Positions 8,932-18,345 are shown, numbered from the stretch's first letter. The stretch is 25,400 nt of DNA from Candidatus Micrarchaeia archaeon (GCA_049970015.1 JBMFNT010000010.1:1-25400), one strand, 5' to 3'. The notes: generated by a model not told the origin, from the sequence alone. Program-made: numbers and translations.

Positions 8932-10334
8932 ATCTGTTTTCTTCCGCCTTTCAGAACTTTTTTAGTTAGGAGTGCGCCATTTTTCTTTTCATAATCTAAC
9001 TGCTTGATAATCACTGCTGGATCATAATATCCCCATAACTTAATCGCTTGTGCAAGTTCCTTGTGCGTTTTTGCATACTCTCGTGCAGGTATTCCTTCCA
9101 TTGCTGCATCTATGGCCTGGCGCATTGATATTGCACCTCTATATGTACCTCCAGGATGTCCATGAACACCTGCACCTGCCTGCATGTTTGTGTTGGTACC
9201 ATGTAATGCGACAAGTGCATCAACCTTGCCTGCATCAAGACCTCCTGAAGCTATGCTGAGGACTGGTTTTATGTGAGGTGCAAACTCCATCGCAAGAGAA
9301 CCGAAGTAAAGTTTTTCCTCAATCTTATACTGGTCTGCAATATCATGGTACCGTCTTATTATGAGCGGGGCTCCTTCCATTTTTCCAACTCCCGTGCCAA
9401 TGTGCAGCTGGTCTACACCAAGCAACCTATAGAACTTTTCATAAACCTGGAAATTGATCCCAAAACTGCCACGATTGACTGCTGCAAACCCTGCCCTGTG
9501 CGCATGTACTGCAAACCCATACTTGCGCGTCAACTTAATTGCATCTTCAAGGAGTGGTAGACCTAGTACATAAACATCAAGCATAACCAAAACATTCTTT
9601 TGCAAGCCATGTTCATTAAGATATTCTACACGTTCAACCATGCGCGAATAATTGTCAGACACGTTTGATGAATATACTTTATTCTCGCCAGTCTCATCCT
9701 TAGCTTTCTCAATCGCCTTTACAACTTCATGCAATCTCTCCTTCCACTTGCAGAAATCTTGGTCTACTAAATTCTCATCATCCTTCACAAGGTCAAGGCC
9801 TCCAACATACGACTCATATGCTACTCGTGCCCATTCTTTAGGTGCAAGGCCAACCTTTGGCTTAACTATTGTACCAACGTGTGGCCTCTTTGATTTTGTG
9901 GTCCCAACTATTCTGCGCAGGCCTTCAATCCCATGAAGAGGCCCATCAAACTGCTTCTGATAATTGACCGGGATGGAAATGTCGCACACATAAAGCTCTT
10001 CAAGCTCCTTCATCCCAAATATGTTTCCGAGCACTGATGCCTGGAATTGTGATATGTTCTTTGTATCAAAATGCTCAATTGGATAAGATATCCATATGAA
10101 CCCGCTATTTTCAGTGACTTTATTTATGCGAAACACGCGCGCACGATAATGCTTCCACACAAAATCATTCATCGTCTTAAGCCGTGTCCATGAGCCAACA
10201 CTGCTCTCAGCTGCAACTGCTTCTGCAATCTTCTCTATTGGTGCATTTCCCTTGGCCCAGAAAAGTACAACAAAATCATTGCTCTTATCCGGAACATATT
10301 TCAAGTCCGTATATTTATATCCTCCATATGCCAT
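8922..10334 (-). CDS. rbcL: Ribulose-bisphosphate carboxylase large subunit, form III/III-like
   Basis: AAESSVGSWT, GNIFGMK, GTIVKPKVG, GGLDLVKDDEN, HAHRA, DQLHIGT, GKMEG, SGG and HGHPGG motifs. Confidence 0.95.
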   Translation of the reverse strand: MAYGGYKYTDLKYVPDKSNDFVVLFWAKGNAPIEKIAEAVAAESSVGSWTRLKTMNDFVWKHYRARVFRINKVTENSGFIWISYPIEHFDTKNISQFQASVLGNIFGMKELEELYVCDISIPVNYQKQFDGPLHGIEGLRRIVGTTKSKRPHVGTIVKPKVGLAPKEWARVAYESYVGGLDLVKDDENLVDQDFCKWKERLHEVVKAIEKAKDETGENKVYSSNVSDNYSRMVERVEYLNEHGLQKNVLVMLDVYVLGLPLLEDAIKLTRKYGFAVHAHRAGFAAVNRGSFGINFQVYEKFYRLLGVDQLHIGTGVGKMEGAPLIIRRYHDIADQYKIEEKLYFGSLAMEFAPHIKPVLSIASGGLDAGKVDALVALHGTNTNMQAGAGVHGHPGGTYRGAISMRQAIDAAMEGIPAREYAKTHKELAQAIKLWGYYDPAVIIKQLDYEKKNGALLTKKVLKGGRKQMQG

Positions 10335-10354
10335 ATAATCATCTCACATATAAG

Positions 10355-11083
10355 TTATGCATACATACCACTACTTTCCCCACCAGAATAAACCTTCTCT
10401 GCATTTTTTGCAGTATCTATTGCACTCCTAAGCTTCTGTTCTATCTGTAATGCCTCACGCACAAGCTCTTCAGTATTTATGTTTACACCGATTATATCAG
10501 AAAGCGTAGTGAGCACCATTGCTGCACCCAACGGGTCAACATAATCTGGCCGTGCCTCTGCAAGCAATGAAATCACAGGCACTTTACCGCCCACTGATGC
10601 CTTCATTAGCAGCATTGCATTAATCCCTGTGGTTGCGCCTTCCTTTATTGGCACAACTCCAAACTTGGAAAGTAGTTTTACATCATCAGGTGATGACACT
10701 ATCCCATACACCTCATCCTGCTTGCCTTTTATTGAAATGCCTCCAAGTGATATTATCCTTTTTATTTTATTCTTCTCACACCAGTCATATAGCAGATCTG
10801 AAAGTGCATGTATGGATTTTATCGACATCACGAACTCTGACATTACAACAATAAGCTTGTTCTTGTCTGACTTATACATCCTAAGAGATGGTAATGGCCT
10901 GTTATTGTGTATTGCAACCACAGGAGGAAATAATTGCGAATCAACATACCCTATAAATTCCATCCCAAGCTTCTCAACAAGGAAATTCACTGCAATTGTG
11001 CCGACAAGGCCATACCCAGGAAAACCCTCCACAAGCGTATATCCGTTAAAGTTATGCTTCCCAATAAGTCTCAATTTTATCAT
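10355..11083 (-). CDS. PAC2-family proteasome assembly chaperone
   Basis: VEGFPGYGLVGTIA, FPP, IISLGGI and DPLGAA motifs. C-terminal MYA is an HbYX-type proteasome-docking tail. Confidence 0.92.
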   Translation of the reverse strand: MIKLRLIGKHNFNGYTLVEGFPGYGLVGTIAVNFLVEKLGMEFIGYVDSQLFPPVVAIHNNRPLPSLRMYKSDKNKLIVVMSEFVMSIKSIHALSDLLYDWCEKNKIKRIISLGGISIKGKQDEVYGIVSSPDDVKLLSKFGVVPIKEGATTGINAMLLMKASVGGKVPVISLLAEARPDYVDPLGAAMVLTTLSDIIGVNINTEELVREALQIEQKLRSAIDTAKNAEKVYSGGESSGMYA

Positions 11084-11105
11084 GTGATTAAGATGTGTAA
11101 TAAAT

Positions 11106-11113
11106 AATATAAA
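11106..11113 (-). promoter_or_regulatory. TATA box for the probable PAC2-rbcL-tRNA-Leu unit
   Basis: TTTATATT on the minus strand, 23-30 nt upstream of the PAC2 ATG. Confidence 0.55.
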
Positions 11114-11121
11114 TATGCTTT

Positions 11122-12414
11122 CTATGGTGATATGCGATTCCTGTCACGCGGGAACAATGACGCCTCACGTATGTTTTCAAGGTTGCATATCTTCATTGTG
11201 AGTCGTTCTGCGCCTATGCTCCAACCAGCATGCGGTGGTGCACCGGTCATGAATGTACGTACATAAAAATCAAAGTTTTCAGGGTCCATCCCCCTCTTCC
11301 GTATCTGTTGTATGAGTAGTTCTGGAATATGTATACGCTGTGCACCCGAGGATATCTCAAGGCCGCGGTATATGAGGTCAAATGCATTGCATACCTCAAC
11401 ATTGTCATGTGATGGCATTGAATAGAATGCGCGTACACTGGTTGGCCATTTTGTTATGAAATATGCCTCCTTACCAATTAGCTCGCCTATTTTCTTCTCA
11501 TGCGCTCTGTTAAAATCGTTGCCCCATTCAATATTTTCATCATGCTTATTCAATAAGTCAACAAGGTATGAGTAAGTGTACCTTGGTATCTCATCTGGAA
11601 CTGTAACGGATGCATTGAGCAATTCCAACTCCCTCTTTCTGTTTTCATCAACCCTTTTAAGTATGTGTTTGAGTGTTGATTCTAAAACATCCATTGCACC
11701 GTTGTCATCCGTGAACCCGATCTCCACATCCATCTGATAAACTTCATTTAAATGTGTAGTGGTATTGTGCGGCTCGGCCCTAAAAACAGGTACCTGCATG
11801 AATACCTTATCAAGCCCGCCAACAACTGCCATCTGCTTGTACAATTGCGGGCTCTGTGCAAGGAATGCCTCTTTCTCAAAGTATACAACAGGGAAAAGGT
11901 TTGCACCGCCCTCAGTTGCAGCCGCAACTATAAGAGGGGGAACTATCTCATCAAACCCCTGTGAGATCAGGTACTCCCTGAATGCCTGTTGTACAGTTGC
12001 ACGCACCCTGAATATTGCAGCAACCTCCTCACGCCTTAAATCAACATGCCTGTTATCTATGCGCACATCAAGGTCCGGAATTTTGTCCCTCTCAGTTATG
12101 TCAAATGGTACTTTACAGTATACTTTTCCAAGAACACTGGCTGAAGATGGAATGAGTTCAACACCTGCCTTTGCACCTTTCCCGTGCACAATCCTGCCGC
12201 GCACGCTCATAACAGTCTCCTTTGGCTGGTTAAGCACATTGAAAACCTCATCGCTAACCTCTCCCCTCTTTGCAGTTATTTGAAGTTTTCCAGTTTTATC
12301 ACGAAGCACTACAAAACATATGTTTTTTAATGCGCGAACCTCGTGCACCCACCCGGCAACTGCAACCTCAGCATCATCTAATTTTACTGCTTCACTTATG
12401 TAATGCGTTCTCAT
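11122..12414 (-). CDS. aspS: Aspartate--tRNA ligase (archaeal type, probably discriminating)
   Basis: MRTHY, AGWVHEVR, ATEGGANLF, LAQSPQLYKQ, FRAEPHNTTTHLNE, EISSGAQRIH, PPHAG and FPRD motifs. Confidence 0.96.
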   Translation of the reverse strand: MRTHYISEAVKLDDAEVAVAGWVHEVRALKNICFVVLRDKTGKLQITAKRGEVSDEVFNVLNQPKETVMSVRGRIVHGKGAKAGVELIPSSASVLGKVYCKVPFDITERDKIPDLDVRIDNRHVDLRREEVAAIFRVRATVQQAFREYLISQGFDEIVPPLIVAAATEGGANLFPVVYFEKEAFLAQSPQLYKQMAVVGGLDKVFMQVPVFRAEPHNTTTHLNEVYQMDVEIGFTDDNGAMDVLESTLKHILKRVDENRKRELELLNASVTVPDEIPRYTYSYLVDLLNKHDENIEWGNDFNRAHEKKIGELIGKEAYFITKWPTSVRAFYSMPSHDNVEVCNAFDLIYRGLEISSGAQRIHIPELLIQQIRKRGMDPENFDFYVRTFMTGAPPHAGWSIGAERLTMKICNLENIREASLFPRDRNRISP

Positions 12415-12466
12415 TGTAGTTTTATGGGATAATAATATTTTTAATATAACTTTGTATAATTAATCC
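12415..12466. promoter_or_regulatory. Bidirectional promoter between aspS and asnS
   Basis: 52-nt AT-rich spacer with ATATTTTTAATAT at its centre. Confidence 0.6.
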
Positions 12467-13750
12467 ATGCTATGGATTGAAGATATTCTAAAAGGAAATT
12501 ATGATGGGAAAGAAGTTGAATTTAGTGGTTGGGTGTACAGGCACAGGGTGGCCTCCAATCTCGTATTCATCATATTGAGGGATCCTACGGGGATATTACA
12601 GTGCACAGTAAAAAAAGAGCTTGCGGAGCAATATGAGAAAGCAAGAAACCTTTACATAGAAAGCTCGATCAAGGTTAAGGGGATAGTAAAGAGAGATGAG
12701 CGCGCGCCCGGGGGGTTTGAGCTGGCTCTAACAAACATAGAGGTAATATCACAGGGGGAGCCGTTCCCTATATCTAAAGACCTTAGTACAGAATTCCTAT
12801 TAGATATGAGACACCTGTGGGTACGGTCACAGCAGCTTACCAACATATTCAAGGGAAGGAATTATGTAATCAAATACTTACGCGAATTTTTTGAAAATGA
12901 AGGGTTCTATGAGATTGCACCACCAATAATAACAAAGAGTGGAGCTGAAGGTGGTAGTGATGTGTTTGAGATTAACTATTTCGGAGAGAAGGCATACCTC
13001 ACACAAAGTTCACAGTTGTATGCTGAAGCGTTCGTGTTCTCATTGGGAAAGGTGTATGTATTTGCACCATCGTTTAGAGCAGAGCCAAGCAGGACAAGAA
13101 GACATCTTGCAGAGTATTGGCACCTCGAGCCTGAGATGGCATTCTATAATGAGGATATGAATATCGAGTTGCAAGAGCGGATGATTGAGCATGTGTGCCA
13201 GAGAATGGCTAAAAACCACCCTGAACTCCTTGAAAAGATTGGAAGGGATCCGAATGATCTAAAAAGAATACGTGCACCATTCCAGCGCATGAGTTATGAA
13301 AAGGCTGTAGAAAGAGTAAATGAGTTGGGGGGGAAGATGGAGTATGGGCAAGATTTTGGTGCTGATGAAGAATACATACTCACAAAAGATATGAAAATTC
13401 CAATCTCAGTAACAAACTATCCAGCAGATATAAAAGCATTCTATATGCGCGAGGATCCAAAAAAGCCTGGCACAGCACTCAATAATGATATGCTTGCACC
13501 TGAAGGATATGGAGAAATAATTGGAGGAAGTGAGAGGATTTGGGATTATAATGAGCTTGTTGAGAAGATTGAGAGGTTCAAGCTGAACAGAAAAGATTAT
13601 GAATGGTACATTGATCTCAGAAGATATGGAAGTGTGCCCCACTCCGGGTTTGGCTTGGGGATTGAAAGGTTCATAATGTGGCTTTTCAGGCTCGAGCATA
13701 TACGTGATGCAATACCATTTCCAAGAACTATAAACAGGGCCTACCCGTAA
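12467..13750 (+). CDS. asnS: Asparagine--tRNA ligase
   Basis: GWVYRHR, RAPGGFE, RHLWVRS, LTQSSQLY, FRAEPSRTRRHLAEYW, GEIIGGSER and YGSVPHSGFGLG motifs. Confidence 0.97.
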   Translation: MLWIEDILKGNYDGKEVEFSGWVYRHRVASNLVFIILRDPTGILQCTVKKELAEQYEKARNLYIESSIKVKGIVKRDERAPGGFELALTNIEVISQGEPFPISKDLSTEFLLDMRHLWVRSQQLTNIFKGRNYVIKYLREFFENEGFYEIAPPIITKSGAEGGSDVFEINYFGEKAYLTQSSQLYAEAFVFSLGKVYVFAPSFRAEPSRTRRHLAEYWHLEPEMAFYNEDMNIELQERMIEHVCQRMAKNHPELLEKIGRDPNDLKRIRAPFQRMSYEKAVERVNELGGKMEYGQDFGADEEYILTKDMKIPISVTNYPADIKAFYMREDPKKPGTALNNDMLAPEGYGEIIGGSERIWDYNELVEKIERFKLNRKDYEWYIDLRRYGSVPHSGFGLGIERFIMWLFRLEHIRDAIPFPRTINRAYP

Positions 13751-14557
13751 TCATACATGAAGTGCTATAACTGAGATGTCCTTGTTGGTTTCTAGAAGTT
13801 TTATCATTATTTCTCCAAACATCTCATCCTGCTTCAGTGCAACAAAGCCATAAGTATTTAGGTATAAAAGTGCCAAGAAGCTGAGTATCTTCTCGCTTGG
13901 AGTAATATCTTTAGAGGTAATGCTACTAAAAGTGGTTAGGGAATATGTGTCTATACTGTTTGTTATCCTTTCATAAACATCCTTTATTATCTTCTCAACA
14001 TCAATCTTTTCTATCTCTTCATAAAATTGCAAGTCCTTTACTAATGGAGTACGTAAAGGTGCCTGGGTCCTGCGCACCTCGGTCCGCATTGCATCCTCAA
14101 CAGCATCCAAAAGCTCGCTCAGCGTAACCTTTCTTGTACGTGGAAGCTTTGCACGGTATGTCAATTCAGAAACCGTTTCCATATCAATGAACTTTGAATC
14201 GAATGAAAGCTCGGGAGGTATATCATCTGTAATGTATGCTGCGTCTTCATTAAAGTGTATTGCCTCGCTCTTAATACGTACAAGTATTGCTGCTGCAAGT
14301 ATCAGGTTTGCTGGTATGTGCAAATCAAAATCCTTCATACTCCTTAATACTTCAAGGTATTTTGAGGTTAGGCTGCATATGTCTATGTCCCATGGGTCAA
14401 GCTTTTCACTGTTTACAAGGCCTAGCAAGATATCGCGCCAGGAAGGGTTCTCAACAAGCTTTAGAAAATCCAGGCATTCACGGTTACTATCTAAATTAAC
14501 TACACTGTTGTAATCTGTATCCATAACCTGTAACCCTTGCCCCTGCTCCACTTCCAT
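13751..14557 (-). CDS. scpA: Segregation/condensation protein A (kleisin)
   Basis: LDPWDIDI...T..YL, AAILVRIKS, RKVTLSELL and FLALLYL...LKQDEMFGEI motifs. Start is uncertain (14566, 14557 or 14524). Confidence 0.92.
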   Translation of the reverse strand: MEVEQGQGLQVMDTDYNSVVNLDSNRECLDFLKLVENPSWRDILLGLVNSEKLDPWDIDICSLTSKYLEVLRSMKDFDLHIPANLILAAAILVRIKSEAIHFNEDAAYITDDIPPELSFDSKFIDMETVSELTYRAKLPRTRKVTLSELLDAVEDAMRTEVRRTQAPLRTPLVKDLQFYEEIEKIDVEKIIKDVYERITNSIDTYSLTTFSSITSKDITPSEKILSFLALLYLNTYGFVALKQDEMFGEIMIKLLETNKDISVIALHV

Positions 14558-14611
14558 ACAAAGCAATATTATTCGTTAAATAATATAAATACTATTCTAT
14601 GTTTGCCGTGC

Positions 14612-15691
14612 TTATTGTACTGCTGCACCTAAAATTATCCTGCTACATTCATAAATGCCGTTCTCATTCAGCATGCCATCAAACACTAGAACCTCTCCTA
14701 AAAGTGAGTTGAGCTTTATACGACCGAGCACATTCAGTGAAAGATCTGGGCTTACTTCTTTTTTGATCACACCTTCAATTGCACTTATACAGAAAAACAG
14801 TTTGAGATCACGCGTGCCAGCACGCACTACTCCATACAAGTCACCATCCTGCTCAAACACAGATATGAGTGTGCCAATGATGGATGTATGCATGCCTACC
14901 TCAAGGTTGTCAGGGCTCGTACACACAGTCACATTCTCTGGGTTGATCTCAATACGCGTGTACTGTGCCATGTGTATCTCACCATTCCTGAAAATGCCAT
15001 TCCTTATAAGAAGTATATCACCCTGTTTAATATTATGTACTACTTCAAATGCCCCATCCCATGCAATCACTCTGATTTTGCCAGTCTCATCACCACACCA
15101 TACGCTAAGCATTTTCTTCTCGGAACCATCACGAATGTATGTGCGTACCTGTGACTGACCAAGCACGCGTACCACTGTATCAATCCTACCCTCTCGAAAA
15201 GCATTAACTTTCATGAAAGGGTTGGATTTTTTGATAGATAAAGAAGAATAGATACCTGCATGCAGTTCACCATTTTTGTAGTATGCATTCCCAACATGTA
15301 TTATATCATTCCTTTCAATACGCGAGACAAGCGCTTCATTAGCACGCTCATCCCATAAAACAAGCACTTTCTGGATCATGAAATCGTCTGTCAGAAGGAT
15401 ACGCATTGTTTTATGCGATTTGCTCTCAAAAGGTAAATATACCTTCTCAACACGTGCAGAGAATGATATGCCAGATTCATCACCATCAAGCTCTGAAAAT
15501 GAAGCTATGGAACGCTTTTTGGTTTTTACAAGGCCATTCTCCACAGCTGCTATATATATGGCTGCATTCCTGTCTATCATGTATGCATAGCTTGAAAGTA
15601 TTGAATCAATCTTCTCATCAAACTTGTCATCTAACTGTTTCCTCAGCTCTGACTCGTACTGGTTCAGGGAAGAAGAAGTTTGCGGTTGCAT
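14612..15691 (-). CDS. Replication protein A-like OB-fold ssDNA-binding protein
   Basis: Repeated OB motifs (LTDD...LVLWD, GDETGKIRVIAWD, GDILLI.NG) with a helical N-terminal domain as in euryarchaeal RPA. Confidence 0.8.
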   Translation of the reverse strand: MQPQTSSSLNQYESELRKQLDDKFDEKIDSILSSYAYMIDRNAAIYIAAVENGLVKTKKRSIASFSELDGDESGISFSARVEKVYLPFESKSHKTMRILLTDDFMIQKVLVLWDERANEALVSRIERNDIIHVGNAYYKNGELHAGIYSSLSIKKSNPFMKVNAFREGRIDTVVRVLGQSQVRTYIRDGSEKKMLSVWCGDETGKIRVIAWDGAFEVVHNIKQGDILLIRNGIFRNGEIHMAQYTRIEINPENVTVCTSPDNLEVGMHTSIIGTLISVFEQDGDLYGVVRAGTRDLKLFFCISAIEGVIKKEVSPDLSLNVLGRIKLNSLLGEVLVFDGMLNENGIYECSRIILGAAVQ

Positions 15692-15696
15692 AAACT

Positions 15697-16149
15697 TTAA
15701 ACACCTGTGCTTGCCAGTGCATGTACTTTCAAAAGCTCTTTAAGCACATCAACATATCCGGGGTATGCGGTTACAAGATCAGTGTATGTAAGCATGCCTA
15801 TGAGGTTATTTTTGTCATCAATTACTGGAAGCTTCTTTATCTTTTTATTGAGCATAAGCATTGCCACCTCATCTATCTTTGAATTATGCGACACTGTAAT
15901 AATAGGTGATGACATAACTTCGCGTACGAGAACCATCCCTGGGTCCTTGCCCTGCGCAATTATCCTTAGCACAATATCCCTATCAGTTATAATCCCTATT
16001 GCACTGTTTTTTCTTGTTACAACAAGCGAGCTGATATTATTACTGAGCATTTTAATTGCAGCATCTTTCACAGTGGCATAATCTGGCACTGTTACCACTC
16101 CTTTGTGCATCACATCAGAGACCAATACATCACGAGGTATGCTGAGCAT
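15697..16149 (-). CDS. CBS-domain pair protein
   Basis: VSDVM...VVTV, GIITDRDI, VREVMSSPIITV and LPVID...GMLT..D motifs. ATG 16149 preferred. Confidence 0.93.
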   Translation of the reverse strand: MLSIPRDVLVSDVMHKGVVTVPDYATVKDAAIKMLSNNISSLVVTRKNSAIGIITDRDIVLRIIAQGKDPGMVLVREVMSSPIITVSHNSKIDEVAMLMLNKKIKKLPVIDDKNNLIGMLTYTDLVTAYPGYVDVLKELLKVHALASTGV

Positions 16150-16202
16150 GAACAAATTGTGTATGCAAACCTTAAAAAATAGCACGTGAAGTAATACTCC
16201 AT

Positions 16203-16706
16203 ATGGACTTCATTATAGATGAACGGGCCAGAAGCATACTTAAAAGACCGTTTGGAATACTTACAGATGACAAAAAAGTGCTGGGTTATGTCAAAGAAGC
16301 TAAAGGTAGAGTAATATCTGTGGGGGATGTATGCTCATATGTACTAATATCAAACGGAATAGTCCCAAACATAATTGTGTATGATAAGAGGTGTATGAGA
16401 AAGAGTGCTGAGGATGAGATTATTAAAAAAATACAGAGTGTATGTAAAGCAAAACATAGGGTGAGGAATCCTGCAGGTATGATAAGTGGGGAGGCATTTG
16501 AGTTGGTAAAAAGAGTAATGAAAGAAAACATGAATGCTTGTATTGAAGTTGATGGGGAGGAGGATCTGATTGCATTACCTATTATCATATACTCAAATGA
16601 AGATGATGTTGTTGTTTACGGCCAGCCTAATGAGGGTATTGTAGTTGTAATTCCAACTGATGAAAGAAAAAATATGGCAAGAAAATTGCTTGAGATGAAG
16701 GATTGA
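16203..16706 (+). CDS. GTP-dependent dephospho-CoA kinase (DUF359 family)
   Basis: LKRPFG, VGDV, VYD..R, NPAG.I, DGEEDL..LP and YGQPNEG motifs. Confidence 0.92.
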   Translation: MDFIIDERARSILKRPFGILTDDKKVLGYVKEAKGRVISVGDVCSYVLISNGIVPNIIVYDKRCMRKSAEDEIIKKIQSVCKAKHRVRNPAGMISGEAFELVKRVMKENMNACIEVDGEEDLIALPIIIYSNEDDVVVYGQPNEGIVVVIPTDERKNMARKLLEMKD

Positions 16707-16806
16707 TTTTACTGTAAAAGTGTTAGGGGTGTGAATAGTAGTGAGTACGCTGTTCTTGAGATTGGTTTTCTTCCTATTCCGCATTGCTCGGTTTCTTTGC
16801 TGAAAA

Positions 16807-17034
16807 TTGATGAAAGAGCCCCTTGCAATTGGTTATTTTGATGAAAAGAAAAGCCCAAGAAAAATCTTATGTGAAATTGTGCTTGGCTCTACAAGGACTG
16901 TTCCTGCTTTGGTTGGTGAGATATTTAACGAAAAAGAAAGAGGTATATCTGCAGTATATGAAGGAATCTTAAGAGTCGTAGCAAATGAAAATGTTGTTTC
17001 TGGTGGAAGTAGAAAGGATAATCTACGAACTTAA
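16807..17034 (+). CDS. Small hypothetical protein (possibly a frameshifted remnant starting at GTG 16731)
   Basis: 75-aa ORF filling an otherwise large gap. No recognisable motif. Confidence 0.35.
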   Translation: MMKEPLAIGYFDEKKSPRKILCEIVLGSTRTVPALVGEIFNEKERGISAVYEGILRVVANENVVSGGSRKDNLRT

Positions 17035-17104
17035 TTATTCTTTCCACTGACATCTGCGCCTTTTTTAAGTGCATCCTGCAAACCATGTAATTGCACAGGG
17101 TTCA

Positions 17105-17848
17105 TTACTTACTATGTACAATGTTCTGGGCCGAGTTTTCAAGCCTAATCCTCTGTGAAAGATAGTATATGTTCTTGGGCCTGCCTATACCCACACGTTT
17201 CCGTGTCTTTGTAATTATACCCTCCAACTCAAGCTTTGCAAGCCATCTTCTCGCGTTTGATTCGTTTACCTTTGCAAGCGCAACAATCTCATCAAGCTCG
17301 CGCGGTTTTCGTAATATCTCTATCACAAGCTCTCTAAACTGTTTTGAGAGGTCTTCTTTCAGTATTACAAGATTGTTATTCTTACCAGGAAATGGTTTGT
17401 CAGATTCCTTGATATTCTTCATATCAACAAATAACTTGAAAATCCTTTCCTTTACAGGGCTATCAAACAGGTAATGCACAACTGGCTCAAGCCGTGCCTT
17501 GAGAAACATAGCACGTTGCATGAACTCTTCACGCTCGGAACTATGAATACCATGTGTAACCCATTCCACTAATGTGTTAAGCTCATCATAAAGAGATGTT
17601 ATGTAATAATTGTCACCGACACTTATCTGAATATTCTTACTCTTTAGGTACTTAACATCCCTCTGCTCTAATTTATCATCGGGGATCTCAGAATCCAAAA
17701 GCCACAGGTCAGTTATCCCAAGCGCCTTGAGTTCATTCTTTGCAAGAGGCGGGTATACAAACACGTCCCTGCCCAATCTTATTGAAGCATACTTTACTTT
17801 TGCAAGCTTCTTCTTCTGCCGTGTTATTGCAAGAAGTACCTTTGCCAC
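17105..17848 (-). CDS. Protein with a C-terminal winged-HTH domain (putative transcription regulator)
   Basis: LDEIVALAKVNESNARRWLAKLELEGII...GRPKNIY. GTG 17848 fits the TATA spacing; the ORF-track start is TTG 17866. Confidence 0.75.
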   Translation of the reverse strand: MAKVLLAITRQKKKLAKVKYASIRLGRDVFVYPPLAKNELKALGITDLWLLDSEIPDDKLEQRDVKYLKSKNIQISVGDNYYITSLYDELNTLVEWVTHGIHSSEREEFMQRAMFLKARLEPVVHYLFDSPVKERIFKLFVDMKNIKESDKPFPGKNNNLVILKEDLSKQFRELVIEILRKPRELDEIVALAKVNESNARRWLAKLELEGIITKTRKRVGIGRPKNIYYLSQRIRLENSAQNIVHSK

Positions 17849-17899
17849 AGTAGATATTAAATGCAAAATTATATAATTGACCTTTTTTAAAATAATAAT

Positions 17900-18166
17900 A
17901 TGAATAGCTATTTATACAATAGGCCGGAAGAAAAACAAGCCACACAAAAAGCAAAGAGAAATAGACTGAAAGGGAAGGTTATTGCTGTCGTAGGTGCTGG
18001 GCTGATTATGGGGCACTTACTCACAGATGGCTGTAGGCATAGGCTGGATATGAAACGTATTGCATATGAACTGAAAACCCGTGAAATGGAAATGTGCTAT
18101 AGCCTATACGATGATATAATCAGAAAAATAGATAACAGTAAGAAAACAGATAATCACAGCCGGTGA
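17900..18166 (+). CDS. Small hypothetical protein with one hydrophobic segment
   Basis: Basic N-terminus followed by VIAVVGAGLIMGHLL. Palindromic TATA 17867-17878 upstream. Confidence 0.55.
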   Translation: MNSYLYNRPEEKQATQKAKRNRLKGKVIAVVGAGLIMGHLLTDGCRHRLDMKRIAYELKTREMEMCYSLYDDIIRKIDNSKKTDNHSR

Positions 18167-18320
18167 AATGAAATGTGCTGTCACTCTGGCCTGTACAATG
18201 GTAAAAATAGATAATGGCCATGATCTGAAGATGTGCTTAATGAGTATTGAATGGTTGTTGATGGGTGGAAATTGATGGAAAGTAAAGGTTTATAATAGTT
18301 ATTTCTCTTAATTCCACAAA

Positions 18321-18338
18321 TACCGATGAAAGGAGGTA
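18321..18338 (+). promoter_or_regulatory. K-turn/K-loop in the L7Ae 5' UTR covering the Shine-Dalgarno
   Basis: TACC-GAT-GA-AAG-GA-GGTA: a 4-bp stem, 3-nt bulge and tandem G.A pairs, containing AGGAGG. TATA-like TTTATAA at 18288-18294. Confidence 0.7.
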
Positions 18339-18345
18339 CATGAAA

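Noticed and set aside
8922..10334. Form IV RuBisCO-like protein, or a Calvin cycle
   Set aside because: The carboxylase catalytic residues are retained, which argues against form IV. No small subunit or phosphoribulokinase is in the window.
16704..16841. UGA read-through (selenocysteine) extension of the DUF359 gene
   Set aside because: The frame stays open after TGA, but the domain is already complete and no SECIS-like element is seen.
18168..18284. 38-aa ORF or sRNA upstream of L7Ae
   Set aside because: No recognisable motif, no complete box set and no convincing structure.
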